A stretch of 64,000 bases of DNA from Nitrospinota bacterium (GTDB taxonomy: Bacteria > Nitrospinota > Nitrospinia > Nitrospinales > VA-1): contig JAYNIA010000003.1 in NCBI GenBank assembly GCA_038108555.1, positions 60,088 through 124,087 on the forward strand, written 5' to 3'. The position numbers were made by a program, and so were the translations under genes. The notes under the pieces were generated by a model, which worked only from the letters and a program-made list of their open reading frames with translations, had not been told where the DNA came from and did not search any database. How positions within the stretch are numbered: position 1 is the first letter of the stretch; every line of letters starts with the position of its first letter. Shown here piece after piece: positions 47,933-56,038 of this stretch.

Positions 47933-48748
47933 GTGTCTAAAACCGAACACTGGGTTCATGATTTAGATCCTTTCCTTCTCCAGTTCACAGAAAACTTTGG
48001 CATCCGTTATTACGGGCTGGCATATGCGTTGGGATTTGTTGCAGCCATTTGGTTACTCCATATTTTCTGTAAGAAGGGGAAAGCGGCGCTCACACCCGAG
48101 CAACAGTCATTAACCATAACCGCAATTATGGTGGGGGTCCTTTTAGGGGGTCGCCTGGGTTATATGTTTTTCTATGCTTTTCAGGATTTGATTCACCGAC
48201 CCTGGAGCGTCTTTCAGGTTTGGAAAGGAGGCATGGCAAGTCATGGAGGATTCATCGGGGTAATCATTGCCTGCTGGTGGATTTCGAAAAAACTAAATAT
48301 CAGCTTTTTACAACTCGGCGATATTTTATGTCCCTTGGTTCCACCGGGAATTTTTTTGGGCCGCATTGCCAATTTCATCAATGGAGAATTATGGGGAAAA
48401 GTTTCCAACGTTTCCTGGGCCGTTATTTTTCCGCAAAGCGCACCCATTGGAACGCCATTGGAGTTGATTGTTCCCCGGCACCCCTCACAACTTTATGCGG
48501 CAGGATTGGAAGGATTGTTGTTGCTGATTTATTCCCAATGGAGATTCTGGCGGACGGATGTTTTAGCAACCCCTGGAAGATTGACCGGAGAATTTTTAGC
48601 CCTCTATTCTGTGGTTCGGATTTTTGGGGAGCAGTTTCGCGAACCCGATGCCCCACTCATCATGGACCTCAGCCGCGGCAGTTTTTACAGTCTTTTTCTT
48701 TTAGCTGCCGGCACTTTCCTTATTCTCCGCTCACGAAAAACCGCCTGA
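47933..48748 (+). CDS. lgt: prolipoprotein diacylglyceryl transferase
   Basis: Polytopic membrane protein with YYGLAYALGF and the GGMASHGG signature. GTG start. Confidence 0.9.
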   Translation: MSKTEHWVHDLDPFLLQFTENFGIRYYGLAYALGFVAAIWLLHIFCKKGKAALTPEQQSLTITAIMVGVLLGGRLGYMFFYAFQDLIHRPWSVFQVWKGGMASHGGFIGVIIACWWISKKLNISFLQLGDILCPLVPPGIFLGRIANFINGELWGKVSNVSWAVIFPQSAPIGTPLELIVPRHPSQLYAAGLEGLLLLIYSQWRFWRTDVLATPGRLTGEFLALYSVVRIFGEQFREPDAPLIMDLSRGSFYSLFLLAAGTFLILRSRKTA

Positions 48749-48800
48749 ATTTTTCCCAAATCCCCCCTCCATTAGCACCCGTTACAAAAACCCTAAGAGA

Positions 48801-48982
48801 TAGTTATAAATGGGTTTAATACTAGTTACAAATAGTGGTTATGGTAGTTATAATCACTAAATAGTATAGTTATAATTAAAAAACCACCAATATATTGTAT
48901 ATATTGATAAAAAAACAACCTGTTTTGCCATCATTGACAATGATCTATAACTAGTTATAATAATTATTACAACTAGTTATAA
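48801..48982. repeat. six copies of TAGTTATAA in two 22-bp-phased blocks (iteron/operator-like)
   Basis: Copies start at 48801, 48823 (TAGTTACAA), 48845, 48867, 48952 and 48974. Copy 5 is part of the 14-bp palindrome TATAACTAGTTATA (48946-48959). Confidence 0.75.
48934..48961 (+). promoter_or_regulatory. consensus sigma70-type promoter TTGACA-N16-TATAAT
   Basis: TTGACA at 48934-48939 and TATAAT at 48956-48961, overlapped by repeat copy 5. The ATG is at 49000. Confidence 0.55.
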
Positions 48983-48999
48983 TATAGGTTTCTTAAAAA

Positions 49000-50055
49000 A
49001 TGGTCAAAAATCAGGCTGAAGAAATACGGGCTTATCTGCTGGATAAGATCCCGGTGCACCCGAAAAACATCGTGGCCAAAGCAGCGAAGGCATTTGCCTG
49101 CAGCCGGACGACGGTGCACCGGCATTTGAACCGGTTGCTCCGCGATGGAAAAATCATCAAGTCCGGCACCACCCGCCAGGTGCAATATTTTTTAAAGACC
49201 GATAAGAATAAAGAGATTCATGTGTCTTTGAAAAACCCTGTAGAAGAACACAAAGTCTGGAAGGAAAATTTTCAGGAAGATTTTAAAAACTTACCCAAAA
49301 ACATTCGTGAAATTTGCGAATACGGTTTTCAGGAAATGCTTAACAACGCCATCGATCATTCTGAAGGAACCAGAGTAAATATAAAAACGGAGTGGACATC
49401 AGACAACATCGAGTTATTTATTGAAGATGATGGTATTGGAATATTTAGAAAGATTAAGAATACCTTGAACCTTGAAGATGAGCGCGAAAGCGCATTACAC
49501 CTTTCTAAAGGCAAGTTTACTACAGATCCAGAACACCATACTGGGGAAGGAATTTTTTTTACATCAAGGGCTTTCGATGATTTTATCATTCATTCAAAAG
49601 GAATGTTTTATAAACGGGAAAACTTGGATAAAGACTGGTTCATCGAATCAAAGAATAGTTCAAATCTCCTTGGAACAGGCTTATTAATGAAAATTAGCTT
49701 AAATTCAAATAGGGTAATCCAGGATATTTTTTCAGAATTTGTGGGAGAAAACTCGGATGGAATGCCCAAATTTGAAAAAACCCATATTATGGTTGTCCTG
49801 AGTAACTTGGGTGATGAGCGCTATATATCTCGCTCGCAAGCTCGCCGTATAGTTCTGGGTTTGGAAAAGTTCAAACATGTGGTCTTAGATTTTAAAGATG
49901 TTTCAACAGTGGGTCAGGGGTTTGTTGATGAAGTATTTCGTGTGTTTCAAAACAAGTATCCAAAAATTAAAATCGAGTACACCAACGCCAATGACGATGT
50001 GAAATTTATGATTGAGCGTAGTCTTCCACCGTTGCCAAATGGCGTGATAAAATAA
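49000..50055 (+). CDS. wHTH + GHKL (HATPase_c-like) ATPase + STAS-like (DUF4325-like) fusion protein
   Basis: N-terminus ...AFACSRTTVHRHLNRLLRDGKIIK. N-box EMLNNAIDHSE, G1 EDDGIGIF, G2 HHTGEGIFFTSRAF. C-terminus HVVLDFKDVSTVGQGFVDEVFRVF. Confidence 0.65.
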   Translation: MVKNQAEEIRAYLLDKIPVHPKNIVAKAAKAFACSRTTVHRHLNRLLRDGKIIKSGTTRQVQYFLKTDKNKEIHVSLKNPVEEHKVWKENFQEDFKNLPKNIREICEYGFQEMLNNAIDHSEGTRVNIKTEWTSDNIELFIEDDGIGIFRKIKNTLNLEDERESALHLSKGKFTTDPEHHTGEGIFFTSRAFDDFIIHSKGMFYKRENLDKDWFIESKNSSNLLGTGLLMKISLNSNRVIQDIFSEFVGENSDGMPKFEKTHIMVVLSNLGDERYISRSQARRIVLGLEKFKHVVLDFKDVSTVGQGFVDEVFRVFQNKYPKIKIEYTNANDDVKFMIERSLPPLPNGVIK

Positions 50056-50077
50056 AAGGAAAAAATCTATTTAATCC

Positions 50078-50758
50078 ATGGATATAAAATCCGGAATATT
50101 GGCGTTGATGTTATTCCTTTTGCCGCAGGCGGAGTTGAAAACCGTCAACGGTGAAGTGATTTCCATTAAAGACGGCGATACTTTTGTAATAAAGGATCAG
50201 AGGGACAAGCTTTATAAAGTGAGGCTTTCTGATATCGACGCCCCGGAAATTGGCCAACCTTTTGGTCGACCGGCAAAAAGATTGTTGGAGGATTTGGCTT
50301 TAAATAAAATTGTAAGGGTCAACTACACATTGGTTGATAAGTATGGACGATTGATCGGCGAAGTGTTTCTACCCGATGGAAAAATGTTAAACGAGGAAGC
50401 TATTAAAAATGGATTGGCCTGGCATTACCGGGTGAAGCATCCGCACAGTACCTTTTTAGAAAAGATGGAGTACAAAGCCTGGAAAAAGAAAATGGGGTTG
50501 TGGGTGCAGGATAACCCTATTCCTCCCTGGGAGTATCGTCGGGAGGCCCGGGTGCCTAATCCTCCAACCAACGAGGAGAATATGGACTATGACCTTTATC
50601 TGACTTATGGGATTATTGGCGATCCCAAAACCCGGATTTATCAATGGCCCATGTGCAAAGATTATCCTAAATCCCGGAAAGGTTATATTCCTTTTGGAAA
50701 TTTACTGGATGCGGAGACGTTGGGATATCGTGCTGCAAGAGGTTGTGAAACTAATTAA
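50078..50758 (+). CDS. secreted staphylococcal-nuclease-like (SNase/thermonuclease) protein with C-terminal extension
   Basis: Signal peptide MDIKSGILALMLFLLPQAEL. SNase core KDGDTFVI...VRLSDIDAPEIGQPFG...YGRLIGEV...GLAWHY. The C-terminal ~70 aa contain ...IYQWPMCKDYPKSRKGYIPFGNLLDAETLGYRAARGC. Confidence 0.8.
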   Translation: MDIKSGILALMLFLLPQAELKTVNGEVISIKDGDTFVIKDQRDKLYKVRLSDIDAPEIGQPFGRPAKRLLEDLALNKIVRVNYTLVDKYGRLIGEVFLPDGKMLNEEAIKNGLAWHYRVKHPHSTFLEKMEYKAWKKKMGLWVQDNPIPPWEYRREARVPNPPTNEENMDYDLYLTYGIIGDPKTRIYQWPMCKDYPKSRKGYIPFGNLLDAETLGYRAARGCETN

Positions 50759-50819
50759 TGTCATCCCCTATTTCATTGGGTAATATGGAAGCGTTACCTT
50801 TTTTTAATACAAAATAAAA

Positions 50820-52241
50820 ATGACAGAACTCTTATTCGTAGTTGATAACGATGTTCCCCACAGGAGCATGATGACCACCTGGTTGGAAGATCAGGGTTAT
50901 AAGGTCAAAGTTTTTGATAACGGTGAGTTGTGTCTGAATTGTCTTGATGAGAACCCGGGAGCCATATGTCTGGACATCAATATGCCCGGATTGCCGGGAC
51001 TGGAAATCCTGAAACAATTGCGTCTGGCCAACCGGGACATTCCGGTCATGGTGGTCACAAAAGACGATGCATTGGATTCTGCAATTGAAGCCATGAAAAT
51101 TGGTGCTTTCGATTACATGGTGAAGCCGGTGGATAAAATCCGGCTAAAAACCAATGTGGAAAAGGCCATCGAAATGCATACTATGGTTGCAAAAATCCAG
51201 CGTTTGCAGGGAGAGCTTAAAAAAACCTATTCCTATAAAAACATTGTGGGCCAAAGCGAGCCCATGCGCCAGGTTTTCGGGCAGATTGATGAAGTATCGG
51301 GAATTAACATCAACGTTTTTATAGGGGGAGAAAGCGGAACAGGTAAGGAGCTGGTTGCAAAAGCGATCCATTTTAACAGTGCTTATAAGAGTGGAGATTT
51401 TGTGGCTATCAATTGCGGGGCTATACCTGAAGCATTACAGGAAAACGAATTCTTTGGCCATGAAAAAGGCGCGTTTACCGGGGCAGATGATTCGCGACAG
51501 GGAAAACTTGAGGTTGCAAATGGAGGCACTCTGTTTTTAGATGAAATAGGTGAAATGTCGCCCAAGATGCAGGTAAAACTTTTGCGGTTTTTACAAGAAA
51601 AAAGTTTTGAAAAAGTAGGTGGAACAAAAAAAATTCATGTGGATTTAAGAATCATTTCCGCAACCAACCGAAACCTGGAGGATGCGGTCAGAGAAGGCCG
51701 TTTTCGGGAAGACCTTTATTACCGATTGATGGTGTATCTCATCTCATTGCCCCCGTTGAGAGTAAGGAAAGAAGATATACCTCTGTTGATAAATCATTTT
51801 TTAAAAAAATATAAAAACGAAATTCCCAAGAATATTTCAACGGTAAGTTCGCATGCGATGGAAGCGTTGATGCGTTATCCCTGGCCGGGAAATGTCAGGC
51901 AGCTTGAAAATGAAATATACCGGGCGATGGTCACCACTCAAACCAACAGTGTTCAAATTGAAAACCTGTCGCCGGAAATCCAAAAACTGAGAGAAGGATA
52001 TGTCGACCATGGAAACCAATTTGTTCCCTATATGGACCAATCAGAAAAAATGTCCTTTCCCGCCAGTCCGCCATCAATTTCACCAACGTTGACAGGTACC
52101 AAATTTAATGAAATAGAAAAAAATGCGATGATAGAAGCTCTGGATCGTGCAAATGGAAACATCCCTATGGCGGCGAAGGCCCTGGGTATAAGCCGGGCCA
52201 CCTTTTACAGGAAAATTAAAAAATATCGATCTGCCAGTTAA
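50820..52241 (+). CDS. sigma54-dependent response regulator (NtrC family)
   Basis: Receiver domain (aspartate region ICLDINMPGLPG), AAA+ domain (GESGTGKE, GHEKGAFTGA) and a C-terminal Fis-type HTH (AAKALGISRATFYRKIKK). No adjacent histidine kinase. Confidence 0.92.
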   Translation: MTELLFVVDNDVPHRSMMTTWLEDQGYKVKVFDNGELCLNCLDENPGAICLDINMPGLPGLEILKQLRLANRDIPVMVVTKDDALDSAIEAMKIGAFDYMVKPVDKIRLKTNVEKAIEMHTMVAKIQRLQGELKKTYSYKNIVGQSEPMRQVFGQIDEVSGININVFIGGESGTGKELVAKAIHFNSAYKSGDFVAINCGAIPEALQENEFFGHEKGAFTGADDSRQGKLEVANGGTLFLDEIGEMSPKMQVKLLRFLQEKSFEKVGGTKKIHVDLRIISATNRNLEDAVREGRFREDLYYRLMVYLISLPPLRVRKEDIPLLINHFLKKYKNEIPKNISTVSSHAMEALMRYPWPGNVRQLENEIYRAMVTTQTNSVQIENLSPEIQKLREGYVDHGNQFVPYMDQSEKMSFPASPPSISPTLTGTKFNEIEKNAMIEALDRANGNIPMAAKALGISRATFYRKIKKYRSAS

Positions 52242-52260
52242 TTCCTCCCCCCAATTCTCA

Positions 52261-52317
52261 ATTGTCTCAAAAAATCTCATATTGATACTTTTTATCTCAT
52301 TTTGATACATTGTCTCA
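52261..52317. promoter_or_regulatory. direct repeats, candidate enhancer (UAS) for the sigma54 activator
   Basis: ATTGTCTCA occurs at 52261 and 52309. TCTCAT(A/T)TTGATAC occurs at 52275 and 52295, 20 bp apart. The block lies 100-170 bp upstream of the -24/-12 candidate. Confidence 0.35.
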
Positions 52318-52416
52318 TTTTTATTAAATTGTTATTCCGATAACCCAAACTTAAGAAAGCTAATAACCTTTTATAAAATAAAGGGTTTATTATTTTTTCC
52401 CACATTTGTGGGGGTA

Positions 52417-52432
52417 TGGCATATATTATGCA
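52417..52432 (+). promoter_or_regulatory. candidate sigma54 (-24/-12) promoter
   Basis: TGGCATATATTATGCA. GG and GC are at the exact consensus spacing of TGGCAC-N5-TTGCA, with two mismatches outside the GG/GC dinucleotides. Confidence 0.5.
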
Positions 52433-52453
52433 ATTACATATTGTATATGTAAT
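52433..52453. promoter_or_regulatory. perfect 9-bp inverted repeat ATTACATAT-tgt-ATATGTAAT abutting the -12 element
   Basis: Read directly. It may be an operator or a 5'-leader hairpin. Confidence 0.4.
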
Positions 52454-52479
52454 GCATGATATTCGGAAAGGTAAATAAA

Positions 52480-52722
52480 ATGACGACAGCAACCATAAAA
52501 ACTCAATCTCAAAACCCTGTCAAGCGGAGTGAAAAGGTAAGAAAAAAGTCTGGCAAAAAGGCTCCGGCCAAGAAATCTCCCTGGACAGCGGTATTTATTT
52601 TCCTGATCTTTGCGGGTCTGGTGGCATATTTGTTCTCCCCGAACGTTCCAGACTCGCAAAGAGCGGGTTCTACAGGAAAAAATATATCTGAAGGTGGTTT
52701 TGTGGGCAGGTTGGCAAAATAA
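52480..52722 (+). CDS. small Lys-rich single-TM protein (80 aa; the track ORF starts at 52456)
   Basis: MTTATIKTQSQNPVKRSEKVRKKSGKKAPAKKSPW, then TM TAVFIFLIFAGLVAYLF. GAAAGG lies 10 nt upstream of the ATG at 52480. Confidence 0.45.
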   Translation: MTTATIKTQSQNPVKRSEKVRKKSGKKAPAKKSPWTAVFIFLIFAGLVAYLFSPNVPDSQRAGSTGKNISEGGFVGRLAK

Positions 52723-52737
52723 AGAGCTTGATTTGCC

Positions 52738-53154
52738 ATGCCTGTTCAACCAAATGGGAAGATTGTTAAGGACTTCCAAAAAGGCGAAACCCTAATCTGC
52801 GAAGGTGATAGGAGCGATTGCGCTTATATCATGGAATCCGGGAGGGCAGAGGTTCTAAAAAGCCTCCCGAATGGCAGGAGCCAGGTGGTAGGTGTCCTTT
52901 CAGAAAACGATATTTTTGGGGAACTGGGTCTTATTGATGGATTTCCCAGATCGGCTACCGTAAAGGCTTTGGAGCCTTGCCGGGTTTCTGTTTTAACCCA
53001 GGAGGCTTTCAATTCCTTAGCAAAGCATAACCCTCAGGCGCTAATGCCCATATTAAAAATTTTAGCAAACCGTCTCCGGCAAACCCTGGTAATACTGGAC
53101 GAATTAGAATCCAAAGAAAAAACTACAAAATCAATTCCTGTTGGTAGTCTGTAG
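52738..53154 (+). CDS. stand-alone cyclic-nucleotide-binding (CNB) domain protein, paralog 1
   Basis: Phosphate-binding cassette FGELGLIDGFPRSATVKA. 138 aa with no output domain. Confidence 0.85.
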   Translation: MPVQPNGKIVKDFQKGETLICEGDRSDCAYIMESGRAEVLKSLPNGRSQVVGVLSENDIFGELGLIDGFPRSATVKALEPCRVSVLTQEAFNSLAKHNPQALMPILKILANRLRQTLVILDELESKEKTTKSIPVGSL

Positions 53155-53266
53155 CGATACATAATTCATTCCATAAGATCTTCATTGCTCGTCTTGCGGG
53201 GACAGGCCACTTGACGAAAAAATTTAGCCAAATTCAATTCATGTTTTTCATAAGGATGTGAATAAG

Positions 53267-53662
53267 ATGAAAACTAACAATTATAAAAAAGGCGAAGTTA
53301 TTATTAAGGAAGGTTCTCTTAGTACCGGGGCTTTTATCATAGAATCTGGACGCGTAGAAGTTTCAAAAAATTTACCGAATGGAAAATCCCAAGTAATATC
53401 CATCCTTGATAAAAATGATATTTTTGGAGAGATGGGTTTGATCGATCAATTGCCAAGGTCAGCAACGGTCAGGGCTCTGGAAGACAGTTCTATTTCTATT
53501 ATGACGCCAGACAATTTTAATTTACTTGCAAAAAGAAATCCCCAGGCACTGATGCCCATTTTAAAGGTATTGGCTACACGCTTGAGAAGCACACTCAAAA
53601 TCCTGGAAGAAATAGACGAAAAGGAATCCCAAAATCAAGCGGCGGTAGCGGGAAGTATTTAG
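53267..53662 (+). CDS. stand-alone CNB domain protein, paralog 2
   Basis: FGEMGLIDQLPRSATVRA. Start chosen at MKTNNYKKGE by alignment with paralog 3. The track ORF starts at the GTG at 53258. Confidence 0.85.
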   Translation: MKTNNYKKGEVIIKEGSLSTGAFIIESGRVEVSKNLPNGKSQVISILDKNDIFGEMGLIDQLPRSATVRALEDSSISIMTPDNFNLLAKRNPQALMPILKVLATRLRSTLKILEEIDEKESQNQAAVAGSI

Positions 53663-53694
53663 TTAAATTATCAAATAAGTTTTAACCAAAAAAA

Positions 53695-53736
53695 CCTGAG
53701 CCGGCACGGATAAGTGCCGGTTTTTCAGGTTTTTTT
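53695..53736 (+). terminator. intrinsic (bidirectional-looking) terminator after CNB paralog 2
   Basis: CCGGCAC-ggataa-GTGCCGG followed by TTTTT. An outer CCTGA/TCAGG pairing is flanked by A7 and T7 runs. Confidence 0.75.
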
Positions 53737-53856
53737 GTTTTTTTACCATCTAAGGGAATATTGATTTTTCCAAGTTAAAGTAATAGACTGAGAAGAATCT
53801 TGGAAAAGAAAGAATGGATCGTTTTTCCGATATTTATTTCAAAATAGTTGAGGGTT

Positions 53857-54249
53857 ATGAAAACGAGATATTACAAAAAAGGTGATGAAATAATAAAAGA
53901 AGGCATGTTGAGCGATTGTGCCTACATCATCGAATCAGGGCGGGTGGAAGTTTCCAAGCAAAAGCCGAATGGTGAAAAACAGAGCATAGGAATTTTGCAG
54001 GAAAATGACATTTTTGGTGAAATGGGATTGATAGATGGCCTGCCCCGCTCGGCCAGTGTAGTAGCTTTAGAGGATTGCTCTATCTCCATCATGACCCAGG
54101 AAGCTTTTAATTCTCTGGCCCAGCATAATGCTCAAGCTCTGATGCCCATTCTCAAAGTTCTGGCAAAGCGCCTACGTTCTACCCTCCGATTGGTGGAAGA
54201 TTTGCAGGACGGCAAAAACCCCCCCTCTTCCATTGGTGAAAACGTCTAA
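53857..54249 (+). CDS. stand-alone CNB domain protein, paralog 3
   Basis: FGEMGLIDGLPRSASVVA. The ATG at 53857 is preceded by GAGGG. The track ORF starts at the TTG at 53848. Confidence 0.85.
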   Translation: MKTRYYKKGDEIIKEGMLSDCAYIIESGRVEVSKQKPNGEKQSIGILQENDIFGEMGLIDGLPRSASVVALEDCSISIMTQEAFNSLAQHNAQALMPILKVLAKRLRSTLRLVEDLQDGKNPPSSIGENV

Positions 54250-54378
54250 ATTTCACCTTTGTTTTACTCTCACCCCTTTAGTTTTTTGCTCCAGTATTTG
54301 CAAGCTTGCAGTGGAGAACAAAGGTGGTGTAAGCTGAAACATCCAGGTTGTTCCTTAAACTAAACTTTTTAAATTATT

Positions 54379-55650
54379 ATGGTTTCAGAGTTATTGTCTC
54401 CTGCCGGGAGTCCTGAAAAATTAAAATATGCTTTTGCCTATGGTGCCGATGCGGTCTATGCGGGGATTCCAAAGTTTTCCCTCCGGGCCAAGGAAAATCC
54501 TTTTAAAGATCACCTCTTAAAAGAAGCGATTGACTACACCCATAAATTGGGAAAAAAAATTTTTATAACAGCCAATATTCTTCCTCCCAATAGAAAAATT
54601 GAATCGTTTAAAAAATCTTTAGCTCAACATGCTGAGATGGGACCGGATGCTTTTATCATGGCGGATCCTGGAATGATTCAATTCGCCTTGAAAGAGTTTC
54701 CTGAAATTCCTGTTCATTTGTCGGTGCAAACAAACACCATTAACTGGTCCTCGGTCGAGTTCTGGCACAACCTGGGCGTGAAACGGATTATTCTTTCGCG
54801 TGAATTATCCCTTGAGGAAATCAGTGAGATTCATGAAAAAGTTCCTGGAATCGAGTTGGAATCTTTCGTACATGGTGCCATTTGCATTGCATATTCCGGC
54901 CGTTGTTTATTATCGAATTATTTTAACCATCGTGATGCCAATCAGGGAACCTGCACCAATAGCTGTCGCTGGGAGTACGATATTCATGAGGAAAAAGGCA
55001 ATGATATGGAGGAATACCAGCCTCTTAAAGGGCAATATGCCATTGAAGAAAAGCAAAGGGATGGAGAGTTAATGCCAATTGAAGAGGATGAGCATGGAAC
55101 CTATATCATGAATTCGAAAGACCTTCGGGCCATCGAGTTTCTGGGTCCTTTAAAAAAAGCGGGTGTTGTTTCTTTTAAAATTGAAGGCCGGTCCAAATCA
55201 ATTTATTACCTTTCTTTGGTGACTCGAGCTTATCGACAAGCTATTGATGACTTGGAGAACAATCGGAAATTTAATCCTGGTTTGATTGCCGAAATTGGAA
55301 AGACGGCCAATCGGGGTTTCACTTCGGCTTTTTTAATTTCAGCGGCAAACCGTGAAACAGAAAGGTTCGACTCCCCCCAGGAAATAAATCAGCCGCAGAT
55401 TTTTGGAGGTCAGGTGGTTAATGAGCGTTCCGGATGGATGGAGGTCGATGTCAGAAACAGAATCGAGTTAGGCGATGAGGCTGAATGCCTTTCCCCGGGC
55501 GGACAATACAAATTTAAAATAAATGCTATGGAGTCGAAAGCAGGGGAGAAAATTTCTGTGGCACATGGAGGAAATGGAACGGTTTGGGTTCAGGCAGAGG
55601 GCCCGGTAGAACCCTATTCGTTACTGAGTCTTTTTAAAAATTCTTCCTGA
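54379..55650 (+). CDS. peptidase U32 family protein (YegQ/TrhP-like)
   Basis: ELLSPAGSPEKLKYAFAYGADAVYAG N-terminus and the E.F.HGA.C..YSGRCLLS core, typical of U32. Confidence 0.85.
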   Translation: MVSELLSPAGSPEKLKYAFAYGADAVYAGIPKFSLRAKENPFKDHLLKEAIDYTHKLGKKIFITANILPPNRKIESFKKSLAQHAEMGPDAFIMADPGMIQFALKEFPEIPVHLSVQTNTINWSSVEFWHNLGVKRIILSRELSLEEISEIHEKVPGIELESFVHGAICIAYSGRCLLSNYFNHRDANQGTCTNSCRWEYDIHEEKGNDMEEYQPLKGQYAIEEKQRDGELMPIEEDEHGTYIMNSKDLRAIEFLGPLKKAGVVSFKIEGRSKSIYYLSLVTRAYRQAIDDLENNRKFNPGLIAEIGKTANRGFTSAFLISAANRETERFDSPQEINQPQIFGGQVVNERSGWMEVDVRNRIELGDEAECLSPGGQYKFKINAMESKAGEKISVAHGGNGTVWVQAEGPVEPYSLLSLFKNSS

Positions 55651-55696
55651 TAACGTAGTATGTTGAAATGAGATATTACTCAGGGATGTTTTAATT

Positions 55697-55870
55697 CTAG
55701 TCATTTTTTGCGGAATTTGCCCAGGAAATTGTAAGCACGACTCCGACGATCAAAATTACCAAAACCCAATCTGTGAAGGTGCTAATCCTGTAATCAAAAA
55801 TATCCTTTGCGAGTGTGCCATCAAATGCTATGGCAAATAAAATAAAAACAAATAATATTAAAAATTTCAT
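55697..55870 (-). CDS. possible 57-aa two-TM membrane protein (below the ORF-track cutoff)
   Basis: Own translation: MKFLILFVFILFAIAFDGTLAKDIFDYRISTFTDWVLVILIVGVVLTISWANSAKND. Confidence 0.3.
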   Translation of the reverse strand: MKFLILFVFILFAIAFDGTLAKDIFDYRISTFTDWVLVILIVGVVLTISWANSAKND

Positions 55871-56038
55871 CAAAGATTAATTTCCCTGGAATTTTTTGAC
55901 CCTTCGATGGGAGATTTTACACCAAATAATTGCTTAGTCTATTGATTGCAAAGGATAAATTTCTTTGCTCTCCATTTGAAGCATCTTATAATGGTCATTT
56001 TAAGATTGTATTTTCAACCGTTAATCTAAAAATAAATT

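Noticed and set aside
48220-48819. 199-aa same-strand alternative-frame ORF inside lgt
   Set aside because: Its Arg/Cys/Trp/His-rich composition is typical of an off-frame read, and the lgt frame carries the family signature (GGMASHGG). I have no evidence for an overprinted gene, although conservation analysis could test it.
48801-48982. Repeat block considered as a CRISPR array
   Set aside because: The conserved core is only 9 nt with a 22-bp period, there are no spacer-sized unique segments, and no cas genes are present. It fits an operator or iteron array instead.
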